Below, one piece after another: positions 52,867-62,126 of a stretch of DNA of 64,000 nt. The notes beneath the pieces are model-generated. The model had not been told where the DNA came from. It ran no database searches and worked only from the letters and a program-made list of their open reading frames with translations. Source of the DNA: Mytilus edulis (lineage: Eukaryota); the NCBI RefSeq assembly GCF_963676685.1, contig NC_092347.1:72788001-72852000 (forward strand), in the 5' to 3' direction. Position 1 is the stretch's first letter. Every line of letters begins with the position of its first letter. The translations under genes and the position numbers were made by a program.

Positions 52867-54958
52867 TGCGTATTTTAATTCTTATAGTTCATTATAAAAG
52901 CAGTGTATACATTTATAAGAAGATGGTATGAGTGTCAATGAGACAATTTCTCATCCAAGAATATATATATGTTTGTAAACGAAGGCGATATTTTATGAAG
53001 AGTAATTGAACGAATACAAGTTTTGCTATAAAGGAAATAAATTTTATACAAACTGTAAATCATCAAATGTAAACGAATAAGTAGATTTAATTATTTGAAA
53101 CCTTATAATAGATAGAGTTTGTCTGTAAATACCATTCATTTCTAAGGAGATTATCGCTATTTTATCACTTTACCAATAGAGGTATCCTCAAACAATAGCT
53201 TTACCATCAATTGGATTGGAAAGGATAGTGGATGCATTGATTGCAATTATTTGACTGGTAGATTTTCAAATTGTTTACTGACATGGGCACACAATTTACA
53301 ACTGGTTAAAAGTTTGAAGTAAGTAGATTAATTTCTCTTCCGCTAAAGACCACTTCTTTGTATCATCCCATATTCAATGGGCACATCAAAAGTTTTATAC
53401 TTACATTGTAGCTATGTTTGCCGACTTTGTGATGAACCACACCAGTGTCTGGGCAGAAAGTTGCTGAACCAGTTGATCTCTTATATTTGATGTGTTTCCC
53501 TCAGTTTAAGTTTGTAACCCAGATTTGTTTTTTTTCTTAACCGATTTATGAATTTCGAACACCGGTATACTACTGTTGCCTTATTTATGCCAGAGACTCT
53601 CCGTTTATGCCGAAGAACATCTCGTCTTTTTTTCTAAAAAAAAATATCATTGGAGGATACCAAGACCTTGTTTATAATTATTTCGTATCAACTCCTCAAA
53701 CAATACATGATAGTCTTGAAGTATAGATTCTAGGTACTGACATTGTTTATCATCTTAGTTACATGTTATAGTGTTTTCTTTTTTTACTTTGTAATTATTA
53801 ACCTTTACTGTTTATTTTTTTTTTGGTTATAATTCTTTTTGTGTGGTTCGATACTTATGCATCCCGCTAATATGATGTGATGATGTATGTTTTAGTCTAC
53901 TTCTTCATTTTTACATTTTGCGCATGACTTTTTGTGTTTAGTCTATATGCAATTTTGTTTTTCTATGTTGTCACATTTGTTTGTTGTTATAGTGAATAAG
54001 ATTATAAAACAAAGTTGACTTCTGTACCCGTATTTTTGACCGTTGACATTTTTACCCATTATGTCTGTTTGGTTTGTTCAAACATTGTTGTCAATATAAT
54101 AACATTTTATGTGACTGTCATAAAATTGAGAGATTTAGCTATCTATAAAACAAGGTTTATATTTATCCACCATTTTCTACATAAGGAAATGCCTATTCCA
54201 AGACAGGAATACGACAGTTGTTTTCCATTTATGATTAGAGACTTTCCAATTTAAATTTTCCTTAGAGTTCTGATTTTTTGTCAATTTGCTTTTTATTGTA
54301 TTTTGTTCAGTACTGTTTAATTTCATAGGTTGTGGCAATTCTTTAAGAATGGTCAACTATGTAAGCAACAGATCCAGATGGAAGATCCACACATGAGTAT
54401 TAAGAATGTCATCAAGAATGTTCAGAATCTCCGTAAGAAGTGGTCAAACTATAGTTTGGCATCTTAAATATGCATTCATTTGAATAATAAAAGATTTAAT
54501 CATATTTTGGTTTTTTATCGCTAAATATTTTTAAGGTTGATTCTTGGAGTTATATTTATATTTTGTTCTGTTTTATAGTCAGAAGAGACAAAGTTTTACA
54601 ATGTGGTGATAATGAGCTTATATTTTGACAGGTCTTGTGTTGTGTTTAATATTAGATACAGTTTAATGCCTCTCTTGGTAAAATCATACAATATCATAGC
54701 AGTTTCTTTTAGAGAGAAACTATGGGTTGCTGTGGTATATTAGTAGAATATAACCACGATCACATTATGGTAGCTCTACTGCCACTTAATTGACATTTGC
54801 AAATAGGTAGAGCTGATTTGTATCCATTTTCATTACAAAAAAACTACTAGTGCTGGTAGAGTGATTAGACAGTCTATCAACAGAACAACAAACAGAACTG
54901 GACTACAAATTAATAGCCCTGGTAAATCCTTGTCTTTCTAAATTTTTACCTATAATAG

Positions 54959-56442
54959 TGTAACGGTTTCGTTATTTAAATTTATAGGTAGATTGATTTA
55001 CAACCATCACAGTTCTTTTATGAACGGTGGGAGGGCTAAACAATTTTCAAGCATTTACTGGACTTATAGTCGTGAAATCACATCATTATAATGAACTGTG
55101 TCGGGAATGTCAGGATCATATTATTACTCCAACTGAACGTTTATTTTATGTGTAATGTATAAAGAGTTCTTACCTTTACGATTTATTGTTTGCATTCCGT
55201 GGTAGCATCTTAAATTATTCATGTCTATAATTTGGAGTCCCGTTATTTTTTATGTACATTGATTTTCATGTACGACGCTCTGGTATCATATATTGTCGTC
55301 GCCATTATTGTTGACAAATTACGTCACACATTGAACCTTGGGAAAGTGCAGGTGGCATGACGTCACACAAGTGAACGTCAATTCTACTATGTTCTTATAC
55401 AAAATGTGTGTCACGGTGTGTCTTAGTGTGTCGTCCTTGTATATAAATTTGCGACATCTAAGCACTCGGGTTCAGTCTGTTTCGTCTGGGCGCCATTCCT
55501 ACGACTTTCAAATAACTAAAGCTGCTTACATATTTTTGTCTTAAGGTTAGCATATAGGATTATAAATATATAAAAAAGGGTTAAAATAATATTTCTGGAT
55601 ATCATCTACAATTTGTCGGTGACAATAACTTTCATTGATTTCATTTAAGAGAATTATACTGATTCAATACATATCAACACTGCGACACGGTGCCGACACA
55701 CATAAGTGTGTCGTGTTTCTAACAACGTATATAAAGCAGATTTTTTATACATTCTTTATATAAATAAAGATACGAAATTCACTTTTGAAAGTTATATAAT
55801 ACAAGGCGTATTAAAACTAATAGAAGAATAGAATATTGGAATTATTACTCTGAATAGGTTTTTCGTAGTATTTAGGCCTTATAGGACGACACACTTTTAA
55901 AGCAGAGAAATAGTAATAACTCGACACACATACTTATATCATACAAGAGAATATTGTTTTAGACTAAGTAAGGGAATAAATTGTATATTATCATATTATT
56001 TGTTTATTGTCATAGTATTGTTCATAAGAGATATATACTGATACCAGAGCCATTCATTTGCTACCATAGATGTAAATAAGATATCATAAATCTATTTAAG
56101 ACGTATTAATAACTGTTTCTTGGTAATTAATCGACTTATTGTTTATTGTTATAAAAGATCATAATATATTTCACTTCTAGTTAATAAATCGTTAACTTAT
56201 TAAATATCTCCTTATATATGCCATACGTGATTCACTTTATACTATCAACTGTACCTAGAGGCGTTTACGTTCAGGATCATTCCGCTAAGGTTTAATAATA
56301 GGAGTACGTTATTGCCCATCCTCCCTTATAAAACGCTCTAGATCCGTTGATAGGTACACAAAGTTTCTTGGATATAAAATTGTTGTCGTTGAGGAGATTG
56401 TCGCTGATTACATCTCACAGGCAGCAGGTCGGACCCGCTTCA
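54959..56442 (+). repeat. 5' LTR (about 1484 bp)
   Basis: Starts TGTAACGG, identical to 63548. The end is placed at the CA immediately before the PBS; the distal part cannot be compared with the truncated 3' LTR. Confidence 0.88.
55319..55478 (+). promoter_or_regulatory. LTR promoter: three CRE-like sites, three phased GTGTGTC repeats, TATA box and initiator
   Basis: TTACGTCA at 55319, TGACGTCA at 55358, GAACGTCA at 55373; GTGTGTC at 55406, 55416 and 55426; TATATAAA at 55440; TCAGTC at 55472. Confidence 0.7.
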
Positions 56443-56443
56443 A

Positions 56444-56461
56444 TGGTGGCAGCGGTGGGAT
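56444..56461 (+). other. Primer-binding site complementary to the tRNA-Leu 3' end
   Basis: TGGTGGCAGCGGTGGGAT is the reverse complement of ATCCCACCGCTGCCA+CCA, the 3' end of metazoan tRNA-Leu (AAG/TAG type). Confidence 0.9.
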
Positions 56462-56505
56462 CTACTAATAACAAACAGTAGGAATCCACACACAGAAAAA
56501 TAAAC

Positions 56506-58062
56506 ATGTATCAAGACCCAGCTGATATGACTACCTTCGACAATGACCGATCACCAACTTTAGACCAAGATATAGACGACACGCGGGCCCAGACGACAGG
56601 ACTCCCCGCACCAGTTAGAGAACGATATATCAATGCAACACCCTCTGGAGAAGTACAGGTGCGGGTTAAGACGAAACCAACTAAACCAAGCCACGTAAGG
56701 AGCTCACTATCAGATATCGGACTTAGCGGATTAAGGAGTGGACACAGTGAGTCGGAAAAAGAACGTTTTGGCGGAGCAGAATTTTCTAGAAACAGAAATG
56801 ATTCTGCATTTGATAGATCAGCGGCATTCATAGCTGATAATCAACGGTTATCCCATGGAAGGAGAGATATATCGTCTGAAATCGGTCCAAATGATAGTAA
56901 ATTTACTTCGGGGCGGGACCCCGCGGACACTCGGGCGTTTGTTCAACGCCATTTGAATATATCTCACGATCCTATATCGTTGGCTATGCCAAGTCGGGCT
57001 ACCACGAGAGAGGAAAGGGTTACCCCATGGAAGATCCGCACTGACACTAGAGCTCCCGATTCTTTTGGAAATCAGGAACGGGAGTTTCCGGACGTTATGT
57101 CAGGGTTTGAGGATAATTTTCTTGGTCGTTGCGACAACCAAGTAGGACGCCAACGTTCCGTATTGACGGACAGACGGAGGGCAGATGATAATATGACATC
57201 ATTGCCGACAAACAGGTACATAAATTCAGCAAGTACGACGCAGAAATACAAGAATCCAACCAATTATGACGGGGAGAGTAGTTGGCAGGACTATCAAGTC
57301 CACTTTGAGATGGTATCTGAGATGAATGGCTGGGACGACACAACAAAAGCTCTTGAATTGGCAACAAGTTTGAGGGGCTCTGCCCAAGCAGTACTGAGTG
57401 ACCTACGACCAGACTTAAGAAGAAGCTACGAACACTTAATAGCGGCTCTTACATCAAGATTCCAGCCAAGTAACCAGTCAGAATTATACCGAGCACAAAT
57501 GAAGAATCAAACTCGTGGGAAGGGACAATCATTGCCAGAACTAGCACAAAGTATCAAAAGGGTTACTAGACTTGCATACCCTACAGCTCCTATTGAGGTA
57601 CGAGAACAACTAGCGCGCGATTGTTTCATGGATTCACTCAACGATCCAGATCTTGAATGGGCAATTTTTCAAGGCAAACCAAAAACCATAGACGATAGTG
57701 TCAGGATAGGGCTAGAATACGAGGCATTTACATCAGGACATAGAAGGAAATACTCAAATAGAGCGCCTCTTATACGCCAAACCACGGGAATTTCTATAAG
57801 TGACTCAGAGGAGTCAGAAGATATGGATAACATCATTGAAAGGTTAGCTAGGATAGAAAAACAGGAAACCAGGAAAAAACCAGCAGGACCTTGTTACTTT
57901 TGTGGAGCAAAAGGTCACATTAAAAGGGAATGCAGAAAATTTCAGGCGTCGCTGGGGCGACAACAAAATAACAATGTTAACCAGAAGGCAAATACTAGAA
58001 CCTACACACAAGGCACACAAACAGCCAATCTTACGGGTGTGTTACCGCCGGGAAACTATTAA
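56506..58062 (+). CDS. gag: Gag (518 aa): disordered N-terminus, capsid region, CCHC zinc knuckle
   Basis: YDGESSWQDYQVHFE..NGW capsid start; CYFCGAKGHIKREC knuckle; position directly after the PBS. Confidence 0.93.
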   Translation: MYQDPADMTTFDNDRSPTLDQDIDDTRAQTTGLPAPVRERYINATPSGEVQVRVKTKPTKPSHVRSSLSDIGLSGLRSGHSESEKERFGGAEFSRNRNDSAFDRSAAFIADNQRLSHGRRDISSEIGPNDSKFTSGRDPADTRAFVQRHLNISHDPISLAMPSRATTREERVTPWKIRTDTRAPDSFGNQEREFPDVMSGFEDNFLGRCDNQVGRQRSVLTDRRRADDNMTSLPTNRYINSASTTQKYKNPTNYDGESSWQDYQVHFEMVSEMNGWDDTTKALELATSLRGSAQAVLSDLRPDLRRSYEHLIAALTSRFQPSNQSELYRAQMKNQTRGKGQSLPELAQSIKRVTRLAYPTAPIEVREQLARDCFMDSLNDPDLEWAIFQGKPKTIDDSVRIGLEYEAFTSGHRRKYSNRAPLIRQTTGISISDSEESEDMDNIIERLARIEKQETRKKPAGPCYFCGAKGHIKRECRKFQASLGRQQNNNVNQKANTRTYTQGTQTANLTGVLPPGNY

Positions 58063-58092
58063 AGGTCGAGGGGGAGGTCCCACCTTTGGCCG
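58050..58092 (+). promoter_or_regulatory. -1 programmed ribosomal frameshift signal (G GGA AAC plus downstream stem-loop)
   Basis: GGGAAAC at 58050-58056 is in the correct X XXY YYZ phase. The -1 frame reads on without a stop into pol (..LLKVEGEVPPLADTF). AAAGGT (58061) can pair with ACCTTT (58082). Confidence 0.85.
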
Positions 58093-61000
58093 ACACTTTC
58101 ATTATTAATGAGGGACCATGTATTGAATTTTCTAATGAACAAATTAAGCATGATAGTTTATATTTAAAAATTAATTTAAATGGAATTTTTGTCAATTGTT
58201 TGATTGATACTGGATCAACAATGTCCATATTACATAGTCGAAAATATTTTTCGATACCAGAATCTCAAAGACCCGTATTGTCTAAATCGGGTGTCCGTTT
58301 AAAATTAGCAAATGGAGACCTCCAGGCAACTATTGGAAAAGCAGAATTTTCCATTACAATAAACGGGAAATGTTTTCAACACATCTTATTGATAGCCGAT
58401 ATTGATACTCCGGCTATTTTGGGATATGATTTACTAAACCGACACAACTGTAAGATTGACCTTGGCAAGGGTACTATAACATTTGGAGGCACTGAGATTG
58501 CATGTCAGAAAGAGTCGCAAATGGCGACTATTTTTAAGGTTACCATTGATGAAAATGTTACATTACCACCTTTTTCGGAATCCATTATAAGAGCAACAAT
58601 AGTAGGAGATTCGAGTCATATTTCTGACGCTATTGTTGAACCAGAAGAGCCAAGTACCGACACGAATTTTCATGTCGCACGATCGGTAGTTGACCCTAGC
58701 AATGGTACAATACCGATGCGTATTGTTAACATGATCGACACAGAATGTGTCATCTACCGACACACCAATCTTGCAACATGTGAGACACTACCATATGGTT
58801 CCTTTCAGTCGGAACCTCCTGAAAGGAGTGAAGTAGTAAGAACTAATATAATTACTACTAATACCGAGGACCCAGAAAAGACTTATTCAATCTTACCTCA
58901 CCACCTTGAGGGTCTTTTCGTGGCAAGTAGTCGTGAGTTGTCCGAAGAGCAGAGAGTGCAGTTGGAACATCTACTGATCCGACACAGCGATGCTTTTGCA
59001 AAATCAAAGAATGATTTGGGTTGTTGTGACCTCATTGAACACACAATTGACACGGGTGATGCCAGGCCTGTTAAACAGAATCCGAGACGTCTTCCTCTGG
59101 CCAAACGGGAGGCAGCAGATCAAGAAATAGACCGGATGCTGGAGGGAGGAATCATCGAGCCTAGTACTAGTCCATGGTCGTCCCCAATCGTACTAGTACC
59201 TAAGAAATCCGACGGCTCTTGGCGCTTCTGCGCGGACTTCAGAAAAATTAACCATTTGACAAAAAAGGACTCGTATCCACTCCCAAGAATAGCAGATTGT
59301 CTGGATGCTCTGAGAGGCGCAAGTTGGTATTCGACCATTGATCTGCAAAGTGGTTATTGGCAGGTAAAGATGGCCGAATCCGACAAAGAAAAGACGAGTA
59401 TTGTCACAACTAAAGGCCTTTTCCAATTTAAAGTAATGCCATTTGGGTTATGCAACGCGGGCGCATGTTTCGAAAGACTCATGGAGTGCGTTCTGTCAGG
59501 GCTGAATTGGCAAATTTGCCTGTTGTATTTGGATGATGTCATAATTTTTGCAGATTCATTTGAAGAGCACCTGTCCCGTTTAGAACAAGTTATATCAAAA
59601 ATCAAAAATGCCAATCTAAAAATCTCACCAAAGAAATGCTCGTTTTTCCAGGAAAAAGTTCATTTCCTTGGTCACGTGGTATCTGAAGAAGGAGTTGCTA
59701 CCGACCCTGATAAGATAGCAGCTATAAAAGAGTGGCCTACCCCTAAAACAGTTCACGAGGTGCGAAGTTTCGTAGGTACCTGCTCTTACTATAGGAGGTA
59801 CATTCGTGGATTCTCTGACATAGCTAGGCCACTTCATAAACTTACGGAAAAAGGGGATCGATTTAAATGGACTCAAGAATGCCAAAAAGCGCTCGATACA
59901 CTGAAGGAATGCCTAATCTCAGCTCCGATACTTGGATATCCGGATATTAGCAAACCTTTCATCTTAGATACCGATGCTAGTGGGTACGGAATTGGGGCAG
60001 TGCTATCCCAAGTAACAGACGAAAAAGAGCAGGTTATAGCATATTTCAGCAAGAGTATGAATAAACCCGAAAGGAACTACTGTGTCACTCGACGGGAGTT
60101 GTTAGCAGTAGTTTTATCCATCAAACATTTCCATCACTATTTGTATGGAGTCCCGTTCCTGGTTAGGACAGATCACGGCGCACTCAATTGGATAATGAAT
60201 TTCAAAAACCCTGAAGGTCAAACCGCGAGATGGTTGGAGATCCTTGCCTCCTATAATTTCACCATTCAACACAGACCTGGCAGGCAACACAATAATGCAG
60301 ATGGACTCTCGCGGCGTCCATGTTCTCCGTGTACATACTGCACCCGTCAAGAAAGTAAGAACAGAGAAAATACGGAGAAAGATGACATTGAACATGTCAG
60401 AGTCGCGAAAGGAGCCACAAAGGAACCTGAAATATTCGATACCGAAGAAGTCGACATAGAAGATAACACGGACAGCTTTGAATGGGTACAGAGTAGAAGC
60501 CTCGTGGAAATCGCAACTGCTCAACAAAACGACACGATTTTGAAGCAATTACGGGAGATGAAAGTGAAAGGTACAGAAAGGCCCAATTGGGAAGATATTT
60601 CTTTTCAAAGCATAACTTTGAAAGTTTATTGGGCCCAATGGAACAAGATAAAATTGGAAAATGGTGTCCTGTATAGGTGTTGGCAATCCAAAGACAAGGG
60701 TGAAATAACCCAGTTAATCTTACCTGACTGTTGGCATGAGGAAGTCATGAAAATGCTGCATGACGATCCACCCGCTGGACATTTTGGCCAACATCGCACC
60801 TTAGCCAGAGTTTCGAGACGATTTTATTGGGCAGGTTACAAGGATTACGTTATACAATGGTGTCGACAATGTAAAACGTGCGAAGCTCGTAAGAAACCCC
60901 AGAAACATTATCAAGGACTTATGAAGCAGTACCTGGTGGGGGCACCATTAGAACGGGTGGCCATTGACATTCTTGGCCCTTTACCCAAAACTCATTCAGG

Positions 61001-61916
61001 TTACCGGTACATCTTAGTTCTCACGGACTATTTCACGCGATGGGCCGAAGCCTACCCTATGATTGGTCTGACCGCTGAAGAAGTTGCTGAAATTTTTGTC
61101 AGTCAATTTGTGTCACGTTTTGGAGTTCCAAAACAGTTGCACACAGATAGAGGAACTCAGTTTGAGTCCAAACTGTTTCAGGATCTATGTTCCAGATTAA
61201 AAATAGACAAGACACGAACAACAGCAATGCATCCACAAAGTGATGGAATGGTAGAGCGGCTAAACAGGACTTTGGAAGATATTTTGAGTAAATACGTAAC
61301 TAAACATCAAAAAGACTGGGATGAACATCTACAGTTAGCTCTCATGGCTTACAGGTCATCCGACCATGAGAGTACAGGGTTTTCGCCCTCCATGTTGATG
61401 TTCGGAAGGGAAATTGAACTTCCCATTGACCTGATTTTTGGATCTTACCCAGATAGTATAGAGACGGACGAGAAATCCGAGAATGATTACCTAAAAGATT
61501 TACGAAAGGGGCTTTGGGACATACACGATGTCGCAAGAGAGAAGATGAAACACGCAAGTGATAGACAAAAACGTCAGTACGACACTAGGGTCCATTCGCG
61601 ACAATACCGTGTCGGTGATGCTGTCTGGATATTCAACCCATTGCGAAGAAAAGGGTTAAGTCCAAAGCTGCAACCACACTGGATAGGCCCTTACATCATT
61701 AGAGAAGTTTATACAGACTTAATTTATAAAATAGCGCGGCAGAACGGATCGAAAGAAATAGTCATCCACCATGACAGGTTGAAACCATATTTCGGTTCTC
61801 TCGATACAGTTCCGGAATCATCGTCTGATGTAATAGATACTGGAGAACCGGAACTTGTTTCGTCGCGTCCTTCGAGACTAAGAAAGAAGCCGAAATATCT
61901 AAACGATTTTGTATAA
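58086..61916 (+). CDS. pol: Pol polyprotein (protease, dUTPase-like relic, RT, RNase H, integrase), expressed as a Gag-Pol fusion
   Basis: LIDTGS protease; IDL, MPFGL and YLDD RT motifs; LDTDAS, RRELLA and RTDH RNase H; HHCC (H..H..C..C), D,D35E and W.GPY integrase. Confidence 0.97.
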   Translation: MADTFIINEGPCIEFSNEQIKHDSLYLKINLNGIFVNCLIDTGSTMSILHSRKYFSIPESQRPVLSKSGVRLKLANGDLQATIGKAEFSITINGKCFQHILLIADIDTPAILGYDLLNRHNCKIDLGKGTITFGGTEIACQKESQMATIFKVTIDENVTLPPFSESIIRATIVGDSSHISDAIVEPEEPSTDTNFHVARSVVDPSNGTIPMRIVNMIDTECVIYRHTNLATCETLPYGSFQSEPPERSEVVRTNIITTNTEDPEKTYSILPHHLEGLFVASSRELSEEQRVQLEHLLIRHSDAFAKSKNDLGCCDLIEHTIDTGDARPVKQNPRRLPLAKREAADQEIDRMLEGGIIEPSTSPWSSPIVLVPKKSDGSWRFCADFRKINHLTKKDSYPLPRIADCLDALRGASWYSTIDLQSGYWQVKMAESDKEKTSIVTTKGLFQFKVMPFGLCNAGACFERLMECVLSGLNWQICLLYLDDVIIFADSFEEHLSRLEQVISKIKNANLKISPKKCSFFQEKVHFLGHVVSEEGVATDPDKIAAIKEWPTPKTVHEVRSFVGTCSYYRRYIRGFSDIARPLHKLTEKGDRFKWTQECQKALDTLKECLISAPILGYPDISKPFILDTDASGYGIGAVLSQVTDEKEQVIAYFSKSMNKPERNYCVTRRELLAVVLSIKHFHHYLYGVPFLVRTDHGALNWIMNFKNPEGQTARWLEILASYNFTIQHRPGRQHNNADGLSRRPCSPCTYCTRQESKNRENTEKDDIEHVRVAKGATKEPEIFDTEEVDIEDNTDSFEWVQSRSLVEIATAQQNDTILKQLREMKVKGTERPNWEDISFQSITLKVYWAQWNKIKLENGVLYRCWQSKDKGEITQLILPDCWHEEVMKMLHDDPPAGHFGQHRTLARVSRRFYWAGYKDYVIQWCRQCKTCEARKKPQKHYQGLMKQYLVGAPLERVAIDILGPLPKTHSGYRYILVLTDYFTRWAEAYPMIGLTAEEVAEIFVSQFVSRFGVPKQLHTDRGTQFESKLFQDLCSRLKIDKTRTTAMHPQSDGMVERLNRTLEDILSKYVTKHQKDWDEHLQLALMAYRSSDHESTGFSPSMLMFGREIELPIDLIFGSYPDSIETDEKSENDYLKDLRKGLWDIHDVAREKMKHASDRQKRQYDTRVHSRQYRVGDAVWIFNPLRRKGLSPKLQPHWIGPYIIREVYTDLIYKIARQNGSKEIVIHHDRLKPYFGSLDTVPESSSDVIDTGEPELVSSRPSRLRKKPKYLNDFV

Positions 61917-62126
61917 TTTAGTAAAAGGGTTAAAAATTAAAGAAAATGTTTCCACAAATAAATAAGGGTTTTATAGTCAAAATTTAGGGTTTTAAGGATT
62001 TTCAAATGGTTGTACAGGGTTGGGGTAGGACTTAAAATATAAAGCTGTCAAAGAAAATCAAATCTGTGGCTCTGGTATCTCCTGTTTGGGTTTTCTCGGA
62101 CTCATGGTTAAATTTTATTTTCCCAG

